Below are positions 45,871 through 55,394 of a DNA stretch of 64,000 nt, in pieces. Position 1 is the first letter of the stretch. Every line of letters begins with the position of its first letter. The translations under genes and the position numbers were made by a program. The DNA comes from a virus. The notes beneath the pieces are model-generated. The model did not search any database. It was not told where the DNA came from and was given only the letters and a program-made list of their open reading frames with translations. The stretch is taken from the IMG/VR virus record IMGVR_UViG_3300017971_000265, positions 13,933 to 77,932 of that record; one strand, given 5' to 3'.

Positions 45871-46368
45871 ATGATGCCACTTGATATGTCGTCATTGGCG
45901 AGGGGATTAGCTGCTATTTTTAAGAGCTGGCCCTCAAATGGGACAGAGGCAGCGTCTAAGATCGCGGAGGAATATGATAAATATTGCAGGAAAGGAAAGG
46001 CTCCACCGGGATCACCCGTCTTCACAGGGGCCGAGAAGCCTGCCTTAGCTTCTGTTTTAGCTGGAGCCATAGGTGCGCCAGGGGGATCAGCTGCGGCGGC
46101 AGCGGCGGCTTTCTCGTCGGGCATACAGGCATATTGGTTGTCACCCCCGGTTCCTTTTGTGGGAGGGGCGGCAAGTGGGGTAAGTTCGGCCATGCCAGGA
46201 GCTGCGGCTATTATCGGACCTCTCACGGGAGCGTTGTCAAATCTGGCCAATAGTGAGGAAGCTATTGGTCAGCAGATCGCGTCTCAACTCGATGCAGCTA
46301 CCAGGACTGTTTTGGTCATATTTGCAACACCAACATCGGGACCACCACCACCGGCAACTGTAATATAG
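45871..46368 (+). CDS. Ala/Gly/Pro-rich baseplate-region protein
   Basis: Between spike and gp25-like genes. Confidence 0.55.
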   Translation: MMPLDMSSLARGLAAIFKSWPSNGTEAASKIAEEYDKYCRKGKAPPGSPVFTGAEKPALASVLAGAIGAPGGSAAAAAAAFSSGIQAYWLSPPVPFVGGAASGVSSAMPGAAAIIGPLTGALSNLANSEEAIGQQIASQLDAATRTVLVIFATPTSGPPPPATVI

Positions 46369-46377
46369 GAGGGTGGG

Positions 46378-46755
46378 ATGACAATATCGGGAGTAATAGG
46401 AATTTCATGGCCCTGGAACACGTTTCCTGTCTGGGTAGAGAATGATGACGTCATCGGTTTGGCCATTAACGATATCGTTTTTACTGCTTTGGGTGAGAGG
46501 AAGATGAACTCTAATTTTGGCAGCGAGGCGATGCGTCTAGTCTTTGAAAACAGGGGAGAACTGCTTGAAGCCCTTGCTCGCAGGGAACTTTCCCTAGCGA
46601 TACGGCAACATTTGCCCAGTGTTAGTGTGCTAAACATTGACGTTATCGAGGCTGCGACGGATACTGATCCAGATAGAATAGTGGTCGATTATGAATATCT
46701 AGGTGTGAGAGGGAGAGCAATTACTGACATTTCTGCCTCAGAGGTGAGTCGATGA
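46378..46755 (+). CDS. Baseplate wedge protein (gp25/gpW-like)
   Basis: TALGERKMNSNFGS...LVFE...AIRQHLP.V. Confidence 0.88.
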   Translation: MTISGVIGISWPWNTFPVWVENDDVIGLAINDIVFTALGERKMNSNFGSEAMRLVFENRGELLEALARRELSLAIRQHLPSVSVLNIDVIEAATDTDPDRIVVDYEYLGVRGRAITDISASEVSR

Positions 46756-49472
46756 TACTTGCAGTACCAGAATATAGTTCGGCACCAGCTGCTCCGGCTC
46801 AGTGGGATCGGTACTACAATACTTCTGACGACAAGTTATATATTCAGACCGTGGCAGTTGGTAGCCCCACATATCCGGCCTGGGTAGAGATAGAAGAGGG
46901 TGCTGCGGTTCGAGAGAGCATGCGGCGTGAGATTACGCTAACCAGGTCGAAGTATTCGGCAAAGGATTATCAAACATTTCTGGATGCTACGATTGCTTAT
47001 ATTGCGGAGAGATGGGGCGATAGTTTTAATGATTTCATGTCGAGCGATGCGGCTATGATGATTGCTGAATATGTAGCAGCTGCGTTTGACCAGATGAGTT
47101 GGTACTTAGATCGAGAGATCGATGATCATTATATGGAGTTGGCACGAGTCGCAAGCAATGTGGCCCGGCTCGCGAGGTATTTGGGATATAAGCCTACTGC
47201 TTCTGTTGCTGCCTCGGCAGATTTGACGGTGACTCTGCCTGATGGTCCTTACTCGTTTGACGTCCCACTTAGGGCGGGGCATCAATTTGAGGGTCCGAAC
47301 GGATTGATTTTTGAGTTGGGGACGGATCAAGTAATTTCGGCAAGTGAGACTGAGAAGGAGGATCTTGGGGTTTATCAGGGACAGACCTATGTTGAAGTCT
47401 TTACTTCAGATGGTACGCCCAACCAAACCTTTGATTTATCTCTCGTTCCGGGGGATGAATATCTCGCGCAGCAGAAGACGTATCTGACGGTAGATTTGGA
47501 TGAGTGGACAGAGGAAGATTATTTGCCCTATGGCCAGTTAGATGTTTACGAGATATCTTATTTGACGTCCCCGCCTAAGTTGAAATTTGGCGATGGAGTT
47601 ATTGGGAAAATTCCACCTGACGGTGCCGAGATTAGGGTTAGCTATGTAGCTACTAAGGGGAAAAGTGCTACTCTGGCCACGTCGGGAACGATTACTACGA
47701 GCCTCACAACAGTTGTGGTCAATTTCCAAGAAATACCAATTGAGGTTACGAATCCTATCACGGCAAGTGGAGGTGCGGATTCGGAATCGTTAGAGAGTAT
47801 CAAGGCAGAAGCACCTCGCTATTTCTTGGCGGCTGAAAGACTTGTTACGAAGGGGGATTATGAAGCGCTTGCGGGGCAGTTTAGCTCTATCTCGGGAGCG
47901 GTGGCAAAGGCGAATGCGATTATTGTGAGGGGAGTAGAGGATGATTTGGAGCTGCAAGCCTTAATGGATGCAGTCGTAGCCAATAGGGTAGCTTTGGATA
48001 GCTATCTGGACACTATTGAGACGAACCAAGACGACATAAAGGCTAAGACGGGGGATACTGGCACTGCGGACACTATTCGATATGAAGTAGAGGCGGCAAA
48101 GGGTAAAAATACAGATATTCGCTCAAAAACAGATCAGATTGATACTCAGGTAGGGGTGGTTAAGGGGCATATTTCGGATTGTCGAGACAATATCGATTTG
48201 GCTAGGACGCGGCTTGCTTTTTTGCCCTATCAGCACATGATCGGCCAAGGGGACGGGTTGGCTACTGTTTTTTCTTCTTTTCTTCCCATGGTGCCAATTA
48301 GGGAGGGTTCTGTAACTGTTCTAGTGGGGAGCCAAGATGAGGAGAAGTCAGGCACAGATGGGGATTGCGATACAACTCCGGGGAGGTTGCGGGCAACGGT
48401 AGTTCCGGTATTTTCTTCTGACGACGTGGGAAAGCTAATTAGAATCGGTGGAGAATATAGGCAGATTCAGAAGTATGTGGGAACTTCTGAGATCGAATAT
48501 AGTGGCCCCAGGATCTATGGAACGGACCTATTGGTGGATGTTTATGAACCTGCCGTGGTTGGATATGATGATGGGGCGGGTAATATTTCAGGAAACGGAA
48601 TTAGCATGGGGACCGTTTCATATAGCTCGGGTTTTTTATCAATTGCGCTCACGGTAGTTCCGGCTGGAATTTCTGGTAAGTACGGTGTGCCAATTATGTG
48701 TACTTTTCAATATAAGGGGGAAGCGATACGGGAGATTTTGGAAGATGCCGATACAGATGCGGGAGAAGCGGATACGGGCACGGACACTTTTTCTACCCAG
48801 GGCAATGCGATAGATGGGTACGCAGATGACTCCGATGATAGTCTTGATAAAATTGACGAAATCAGTGACGACATAGATGCAGAGGCGAATAATTCTCAGA
48901 CAATCATAGCTAGTGCCAGGAACGTTCCTGACCAGATTCAGAATGATATCGATGATCTGAGTGAATACTTAGATGAGATGCTTTCGGATGTTTGCAAGGC
49001 CAATATCGTTCGTGTCTCATGTCTAGTCTTGGATTCTGAAGGATTTTATACGGCTCCTACAGAGGCTCTGAAGCAAGATTTGAAGACATATCTGGATGAA
49101 CGCAAAATCGTAACGGTTCAGAATAGTGTTGTGGGTGGCGAATTTTACCTGGTAAAGGCGAAGCTTAATATTGAGGTTAAGATCTTACCTCTTTTTGTTT
49201 TTCAAACAGTGAGTGCTCTAATAGAGGCGGCTATTGATGAGATGTTTAAGGGACGAGACTATAAGCAGCCGCTACTTAGAAGTGAATATTATAGTGTGAT
49301 AGATGCTATTGATGGAGTGGATTATCACAATACCACTATTTCGGATACGGATTATGTCGACACAGACAATACGGGAACAGCCCCGGTTGCTGATAGCGAT
49401 GGAAATCTGTTTGTTGGAGACTACGAAGTGATTACCAAGTGGGACGTCACTATTACGCAGATCGAGGAGTAG
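46752..49472 (+). CDS. Baseplate wedge protein (gp6/gpJ-like) with large insertion
   Basis: AKDY, LARYLGYKP, FGDGVIGKIP, ASGGADSES, RLVTKGDY. Confidence 0.88.
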   Translation: MILAVPEYSSAPAAPAQWDRYYNTSDDKLYIQTVAVGSPTYPAWVEIEEGAAVRESMRREITLTRSKYSAKDYQTFLDATIAYIAERWGDSFNDFMSSDAAMMIAEYVAAAFDQMSWYLDREIDDHYMELARVASNVARLARYLGYKPTASVAASADLTVTLPDGPYSFDVPLRAGHQFEGPNGLIFELGTDQVISASETEKEDLGVYQGQTYVEVFTSDGTPNQTFDLSLVPGDEYLAQQKTYLTVDLDEWTEEDYLPYGQLDVYEISYLTSPPKLKFGDGVIGKIPPDGAEIRVSYVATKGKSATLATSGTITTSLTTVVVNFQEIPIEVTNPITASGGADSESLESIKAEAPRYFLAAERLVTKGDYEALAGQFSSISGAVAKANAIIVRGVEDDLELQALMDAVVANRVALDSYLDTIETNQDDIKAKTGDTGTADTIRYEVEAAKGKNTDIRSKTDQIDTQVGVVKGHISDCRDNIDLARTRLAFLPYQHMIGQGDGLATVFSSFLPMVPIREGSVTVLVGSQDEEKSGTDGDCDTTPGRLRATVVPVFSSDDVGKLIRIGGEYRQIQKYVGTSEIEYSGPRIYGTDLLVDVYEPAVVGYDDGAGNISGNGISMGTVSYSSGFLSIALTVVPAGISGKYGVPIMCTFQYKGEAIREILEDADTDAGEADTGTDTFSTQGNAIDGYADDSDDSLDKIDEISDDIDAEANNSQTIIASARNVPDQIQNDIDDLSEYLDEMLSDVCKANIVRVSCLVLDSEGFYTAPTEALKQDLKTYLDERKIVTVQNSVVGGEFYLVKAKLNIEVKILPLFVFQTVSALIEAAIDEMFKGRDYKQPLLRSEYYSVIDAIDGVDYHNTTISDTDYVDTDNTGTAPVADSDGNLFVGDYEVITKWDVTITQIEE

Positions 49473-49475
49473 ACG

Positions 49476-50270
49476 ATGGCAAAGGGAATAACTGCTAAAC
49501 TAGGATGGATCTACCCCTCGGAGGGACAAGAGACATGGTATCAAATCTTTCAGACCCTTATTGGTCAACAAGATGCTGATGTTTATTCTGCCCTGGAAGA
49601 TCCTAATCTTTGGCTGAGGGGGGGCGGGATTATTTCGCTAGATGCTGGAGCTGACGAGTTGACTTGGACAGAGGACATGGAAATATTGGCGATGCTTACG
49701 GGTGGCATAATTACTATTACAGCCGATACGTTGACTGGTTTTGAAGATGGCAAGATCGCGTATGTGGAGGTGGCACGTCCCGTGGTTGGCAGCAGAGAAT
49801 TGACCCTCCAGGTCGCAGATACTATTGGCGATAACCGCAACAACCTCTTCATAGCGGTGAGGCGGGGGGACACCGTATATATGCGCAACCAGGTTAATCG
49901 AGCCTCGGTTGCGTTGGTGGACACGTTTGGAGCGCTCAAAACTGTGACGTCTTCGGCTGCGAGTGGAGGAGGAACAGTCACTGGATCAATTGCTGTGGGA
50001 GTTGCACAGGCCGGAATGTGGAGAGTCAAGGTTGTGGCCAACGGGAATACGGTGGATTCAACGGTCAAGTTCTTTTCGGATCAGGGGATGACAGATCAAA
50101 TATATGAGGCGGCAAACCAGGATTGTTATACTTCTCCCTATGAGGATCGAAATCCTCCCTGGTTTGGAACTCTTACAGATGGGTTGCTTTATTATGAGAT
50201 AACAAATGATGGGGCCAATTCGTCTACATATGATATTGAGTTGGCAGGCATGGGAGAAATGGCAGGATAA
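49476..50270 (+). CDS. Baseplate/tail structural protein
   Basis: Position and composition. Confidence 0.5.
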   Translation: MAKGITAKLGWIYPSEGQETWYQIFQTLIGQQDADVYSALEDPNLWLRGGGIISLDAGADELTWTEDMEILAMLTGGIITITADTLTGFEDGKIAYVEVARPVVGSRELTLQVADTIGDNRNNLFIAVRRGDTVYMRNQVNRASVALVDTFGALKTVTSSAASGGGTVTGSIAVGVAQAGMWRVKVVANGNTVDSTVKFFSDQGMTDQIYEAANQDCYTSPYEDRNPPWFGTLTDGLLYYEITNDGANSSTYDIELAGMGEMAG

Positions 50271-50746
50271 TGAGAGGTTTTGGGCACGGCCCCTTTGGGG
50301 AGGAGACGTTTGGTTATACCAACTGGGCCTATGTCGTCTTGTGGGAAGAGTTGCCAGAGAGGAAGAAGCAGGAGGATTTAGACGCGGGTGGTTGGTATGA
50401 AAAGTTTGTGCGATGCATGATACCTAGTCTCAACGAACTCAAGTTCCTCATCTATAAGTCGCACGATTATGTTCTAGATCCCCGTACTGCGAGAAAGGAT
50501 TTGTTACGATACATTGCGGGCAATTTTGGGATTATTCCCGATCTGGATGAGCCCGAGGCATATCAGAGGACTAAAATTGAGATTGCGGGCCGGTGGAGAC
50601 TTATCAAGGGCACTGAAGATGCCTATAAGGTGCTGTGTGCTATACATGGGTTCAATGTTGATGTAGAGGAAATATGGACAGATGGGACCACATACTCCTC
50701 GACCGGAGCGCATGTAGAAAATGAAGTAATCGGGGTCATTCCATAG
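50270..50746 (+). CDS. Baseplate protein (P2 gpI-like), N-terminal part
   Basis: DPRTA...LLRYIAGNFG...R...IKGT. Confidence 0.65.
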   Translation: MRGFGHGPFGEETFGYTNWAYVVLWEELPERKKQEDLDAGGWYEKFVRCMIPSLNELKFLIYKSHDYVLDPRTARKDLLRYIAGNFGIIPDLDEPEAYQRTKIEIAGRWRLIKGTEDAYKVLCAIHGFNVDVEEIWTDGTTYSSTGAHVENEVIGVIP

Positions 50747-50755
50747 GAGAAAAAG

Positions 50756-53407
50756 ATGAGTCTATCAACCTTTAGAATCAATCAGCCCCCAGGAACTCCA
50801 GGTCCAGCCTGGGATCGTTCTCGACGAGACATTGAGTTATATTCGGTAGCAAGCGAGAAGGTTGAATGTGAGGCCCAGAATCAGGCTGAGTCGTCATATC
50901 TGTGGGAAATGATCAGTGCTCCTCATGGAGTTTCGGTTACTATAAATAATGATACTACGCATACGTGTGATTTTCAGATAACCGATAGGGGTGGCTACCT
51001 GATTCGTCTCATTGTAAACGCGGGAGATCCCGATGAGTCCATAACGATTCTCTATATTGGAGTAGCAGAGGAGGTTACGGGTTATTGTCTCCCCGCAATG
51101 AATGAGACTAATCAGGACAACTCATTGTCACCCTACGATGGAGCTAGGGGATATGAAGATAAGGTGAATACCTTTCTGAGAAAGGTGGATCATAATACGC
51201 TGGTAGAGAATCTTCATACAGAGGCGGGAGCAGGACTTGTTCCGGCATCGAATGGAGCTGGCGATCTAGTTATGACGCCTGGTGCCTTTACGGATTTAGA
51301 TTCAGCTTATAATCATTTCGGTTCATCTCCCGCTACAGTAAATGTGGACGGTGCCGAGGGACAGGGGGATTTAACATTTGATCTTGATGGCGCTTACTCG
51401 ATGATTGCCAATTTGGACGGGGTGACTAACGTAAACGATGGTTTTATTGTTGGGAGAGATTCTAACTACTGGAGGGTGGTGCCGCACACTGCTGACCTTT
51501 CCAGCGGCGCAGATCTTGAGGCAGATCTCATTGATATAGATATTGCTGCGGATCAGTTTAGCCTTAACTCCAGCACCAAGAATACTATCCAGGGTTATAC
51601 CGTATTTGGTGCAGGTGCCACGTCACACGACCTAAGTGCTAATGGCGATGTTGTCGTTGATAAACTGGAGGTCAATAGCTCGCTGTATGCCGATGGAGGC
51701 ATCCTACTCGCAGATCAGCAGTCGATTGTTTTTGGTGATGCTGGCGGCACGACAAATCCGTTGCTACGGTGGTCTACTACTCAGGTGCCAGATACGCTTT
51801 TTCTTGGCTTGGGTTCGACGTCAAATCATGTGGTGATCGCTGAGTCTGCATCAATTGCTCACAATTTTGCTCATGCACAAACTGCGCATCCAACAATGTT
51901 TGTGCATTCAAGTGGATCGTCAAATGACCAGTGGATTTCAATCGCATGTGTCAACACCGTCGGCACGATAAATGCGGGCACGGGAGCGGCAATCAACTTT
52001 CCAACCGGCATTCACGTCGATGACACCTCACGTTTTGATGCAAATACGACATTTTATGCCACGTTAATTGCGGCCTCATCGATTGTAGTTCAGGATTGGG
52101 CCTCACCAGGCACGGGCAGCAAACTCAACTTTGGCACGAGTGCAGACGCGTCGTTATTGTTTAATACCTACCCGACAAACGATTCGCTTTATCTTGGCCT
52201 CGACGCGACGTCGAGAACTTTGGTGGTTGGTGATGTGGCGGATATCTCCTACAACTTCGCTCACGACAATCAAAGCGACCCGACCATTTTTGTGCATAGC
52301 GCAAATCAATCAACTTCGCAATGGATCTCGATCTCTCATAACCAGACCGACGGCGTAATCAACGCGGGCACAAATCTCAGGATCACACCGTATACTCAGT
52401 TTGGAGCCGGTACGACTTCGCATGGTCTGAGTGGAAGTGGTTCTGTCCTTGTGTCGGACGAATTTGAGGTGCAAAGCTATTCGTTTTTCCGAGCAAATGC
52501 GCGATTAATAGACAATGTCAACTTGATGCTTGGTTCAAGTAGCGATGTAGCATTGCAATACAGCACAGGACAGACCGCCCACGCCGTTTTGCTGGGATTG
52601 TCTGCGGACAGTCGTAATTTGGTGATCTGCGAAAAAGCGGACATGGGTACGAATTTTGGACATACACAACAGACAAATCCAACCCTTTTTATTCATAGCG
52701 CAAATACGGCAACAGATGAGTGGATCTCAATCGCGCACAACCAGACAGACGGTGTGATTAATGCAGGAACAAATCTCAGGATAACGCCATATACTCAGTT
52801 TGGATCGGGCACGACGACACACGGTTTGGGCGCGAGCGGTGATGTGCTGTTTTCGGGTAAGTTGGAAGTGGATGGGTTGGTTTATTTTGATGATGCAATC
52901 GTTTGTTACGGGCATATCAATTTATCTGACGATAAATTTTTGAGATTTGGCGACGGACAAGATGCGGCCTTGTACTACTCCACTGCACAAGAAGTTGACA
53001 CCTTGTATCTGGGAGTCAGTGACGACAGTCGATATCTTATTATTGCCGAATATCTCGATAGAGCGACGAATTTTGGACATACACAACAGACAAATCCAAC
53101 CATTTTTATTCATAGCGCAAACACGGCAACAGATGAGTGGATCTCGATATCGCACAACCAGACAGACGGTGTCATCAATGTAGGCACAGGTGCGATCAAA
53201 TTCGTCGACAACATCAAATTAGAAGCCCACAGCATAATCACCGACACTTCTACAGGGATGAATATCGCTACTGCTGCGGCGCAAAAGATCGGGTTTTATG
53301 GCGTTACTCCAGTGACTCAGCGGGCAAAAGCGAACTACAATAACTGGGCAGCATTCACGGACGTGGTTGATGCTCTTGTTGATCTCGGATTATTCGACGC
53401 TGCGTAA
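50756..53407 (+). CDS. Tail fibre / receptor-binding protein with internal ~135-140-aa repeats
   Basis: Four copies of LxLG...NFxH.QT.PTxFxHS...WISI; C-terminal KIGFYGVTPV. Confidence 0.7.
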   Translation: MSLSTFRINQPPGTPGPAWDRSRRDIELYSVASEKVECEAQNQAESSYLWEMISAPHGVSVTINNDTTHTCDFQITDRGGYLIRLIVNAGDPDESITILYIGVAEEVTGYCLPAMNETNQDNSLSPYDGARGYEDKVNTFLRKVDHNTLVENLHTEAGAGLVPASNGAGDLVMTPGAFTDLDSAYNHFGSSPATVNVDGAEGQGDLTFDLDGAYSMIANLDGVTNVNDGFIVGRDSNYWRVVPHTADLSSGADLEADLIDIDIAADQFSLNSSTKNTIQGYTVFGAGATSHDLSANGDVVVDKLEVNSSLYADGGILLADQQSIVFGDAGGTTNPLLRWSTTQVPDTLFLGLGSTSNHVVIAESASIAHNFAHAQTAHPTMFVHSSGSSNDQWISIACVNTVGTINAGTGAAINFPTGIHVDDTSRFDANTTFYATLIAASSIVVQDWASPGTGSKLNFGTSADASLLFNTYPTNDSLYLGLDATSRTLVVGDVADISYNFAHDNQSDPTIFVHSANQSTSQWISISHNQTDGVINAGTNLRITPYTQFGAGTTSHGLSGSGSVLVSDEFEVQSYSFFRANARLIDNVNLMLGSSSDVALQYSTGQTAHAVLLGLSADSRNLVICEKADMGTNFGHTQQTNPTLFIHSANTATDEWISIAHNQTDGVINAGTNLRITPYTQFGSGTTTHGLGASGDVLFSGKLEVDGLVYFDDAIVCYGHINLSDDKFLRFGDGQDAALYYSTAQEVDTLYLGVSDDSRYLIIAEYLDRATNFGHTQQTNPTIFIHSANTATDEWISISHNQTDGVINVGTGAIKFVDNIKLEAHSIITDTSTGMNIATAAAQKIGFYGVTPVTQRAKANYNNWAAFTDVVDALVDLGLFDAA

Positions 53408-53489
53408 AAAGTAGGAGAATCTAGGCTATGGCAAATAAAGTGGTCGGAGTTTTCAAACACGATAGTTAGCTAAGGAAAGGAGAAGAAAG

Positions 53490-53711
53490 ATGACGACTCG
53501 AACTGACGAACAATTGTTGCACCGTGCCTCGGCTGGTGTATCTGAACTGCTGAAGATTTATCATCAGTACCAAAAGGGTAAGGTAGCACTGGTGGATGGG
53601 ACTGACATAGATATTCCAGCGGAGAAGATTCAGGCAATGAAGACACGCTTTGATGCCGTTCGGGATCAAGTCAAGGCGGATCTTGACGCAATACCGCAAC
53701 CCAAGGAGTAG
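53490..53711 (+). CDS. Hypothetical protein
   Basis: SD AAGGAG. Confidence 0.6.
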   Translation: MTTRTDEQLLHRASAGVSELLKIYHQYQKGKVALVDGTDIDIPAEKIQAMKTRFDAVRDQVKADLDAIPQPKE

Positions 53712-53749
53712 GAACAACGTTTCCGAGATGTAGATGAAAGGATTTTATC

Positions 53750-54391
53750 ATGGGAGATGCAGTGCAAAACAATGAGGCACGAAAAGAGATTGATCCGGTC
53801 TTGTTGACAAATACAGAAGCAAACGCGCTATGGAGAGTCAGCGACGACATTCTGAAGAGTTCAGTGAAGATGCAGCGAAAGTTTACTTTCAATGTCTCAT
53901 TCAACATGGGGAAGTTAGAAAGACACGTAAAGAGCGTTTCACTGGCTATCCAAAAAGACGAGGATTATCAGGAATATGAGGCGAAGCGTCTTGAAATAAC
54001 AGATAAGTATACCGAGGAAGATAGTAACGGCAACGATGTCTTGAGGAAGACTACAGCGCATAGTAGGGAACAGATGGAGCTGCGTCGAGAATATCGAGAA
54101 GTCTTGGATAAGCACGAAGAATATATGAATGAGGAGCATCCCTACAGGCTTCGACCGATCAAGCTCTCGATGGTCCCTAGATCTCTTGCTGGAATTGTCA
54201 CGAGATTCATGGTTGATTTCTTGGAAGACGACTTATCAGAAGGTGAAGAGGGGGAAGATGATGATCTCAAAGAGCAGGTGAATGCTCTTGAACAAATTGT
54301 AACGAATCTTGCAAACGAATTTGCCGCTTTTAAGCAGGAAGAGGAAGAGGAAGAGGAAGATCCCAAGCCTAAGAAGAGACGGCGCAGATAG
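53750..54391 (+). CDS. Hypothetical helical acidic protein (possible fibre chaperone)
   Basis: Position after the fibre gene. Confidence 0.55.
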   Translation: MGDAVQNNEARKEIDPVLLTNTEANALWRVSDDILKSSVKMQRKFTFNVSFNMGKLERHVKSVSLAIQKDEDYQEYEAKRLEITDKYTEEDSNGNDVLRKTTAHSREQMELRREYREVLDKHEEYMNEEHPYRLRPIKLSMVPRSLAGIVTRFMVDFLEDDLSEGEEGEDDDLKEQVNALEQIVTNLANEFAAFKQEEEEEEEDPKPKKRRRR

Positions 54392-54400
54392 GAGATCGGT

Positions 54401-54826
54401 GTGTCTAGTGGTTATGGCCAGGTAGGTTTTGGAAGATGCGAATTTGGGCAAGCAAAGAGTGATGTCGAGCCCAGATTCGAATCTTCCCTTCCCACGGATG
54501 GGGGGAGTGGGGTGTCTATTTATCAGGTTTTTACCAGGACAGTTCTTTATAATTTTTCAAGTCGTATCCAGGAAGATAATACTCTCAAGGTGAGAGTGAG
54601 TGAAGATGGTGGGTCGTTGTACAACGATGCCTATGCTAGTGGTGCCTTTGTGGCTCCATATAATGGTTCTAATAGTAAGCTTATGTGGATTGACAGCCAG
54701 AGGCTGCTAGTGGCGGTTGAAAAAACAGCGCCATGGACTGATAATCAGACAGTAATGTTTGAAGTGACCGCTTTTGATGAATACGGACAAGGGGCGACAA
54801 AGACGACGCCTATAGTGTGGGATTGA
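54401..54826 (+). CDS. Ig-like structural protein
   Basis: GYG..GFG...FG N-terminus; PRFESSLPTDG pattern. Confidence 0.5.
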   Translation: MSSGYGQVGFGRCEFGQAKSDVEPRFESSLPTDGGSGVSIYQVFTRTVLYNFSSRIQEDNTLKVRVSEDGGSLYNDAYASGAFVAPYNGSNSKLMWIDSQRLLVAVEKTAPWTDNQTVMFEVTAFDEYGQGATKTTPIVWD

Positions 54827-54827
54827 T

Positions 54828-55382
54828 ATGCCGTTTATTTGGAGCTTTTCAACTGGCGGTGCCTCTATATTGGGCCGACTAAATTGTTGGCCAATTGAGC
54901 CTAGTAGCGTAAGGGTCGAGGTTGACGATGGAGATCCATTGCATAGGAAGGTATTAGTAGATGATGGAGATGGCAAACTGAGTGGAGATGGCCTGGGCGA
55001 GATCGATTATGACTATGGATTTATTGCGATGGATTTTTCTGTTCCTTTGCCAGATGCAGGGACGGAAATACAGGTAAGTTACGATCCCGTAGAGGGTGGA
55101 TGTTCAGAGGATTGTGGCAAATGTGCGACACATTTGGTACGATTAGATATTACGGCTGGAACAATATCTGGGTCAGATGCGTTTACAATTGCCGATGCCT
55201 GGAGAAGGCTTTTTGAGAAGATTGAACGAGATATTTTGCCCATTCATGTAGAGATTATTAACGACATCTTATCGGAAAGCTATGTTTTGCCAATTGGGTA
55301 TCGTTTCGACATCGTGCCTGGCGATACAGAAATTTTGGACACGAGTGGTCTTCATCTCATGTGGGATGATACTTCGTGGTAA
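54828..55382 (+). CDS. Baseplate protein, probable C-terminal part of the gpI-like protein
   Basis: DDGDG..GEIDY domain; IERDILPIHV. Confidence 0.55.
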   Translation: MPFIWSFSTGGASILGRLNCWPIEPSSVRVEVDDGDPLHRKVLVDDGDGKLSGDGLGEIDYDYGFIAMDFSVPLPDAGTEIQVSYDPVEGGCSEDCGKCATHLVRLDITAGTISGSDAFTIADAWRRLFEKIERDILPIHVEIINDILSESYVLPIGYRFDIVPGDTEILDTSGLHLMWDDTSW

Positions 55383-55394
55383 TATGGAGACGTC

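Noticed and set aside
52651-53175. Near-identical fibre repeats (52651 and 53068) as a DGR template/variable pair
   Set aside because: Differences are not adenine-specific, both copies are in the same ORF, and no reverse transcriptase is seen.
53428-53469. Mini-ORF MANKVVGVFKHDS
   Set aside because: Too short, SD poorly spaced, no match to the leader classes.
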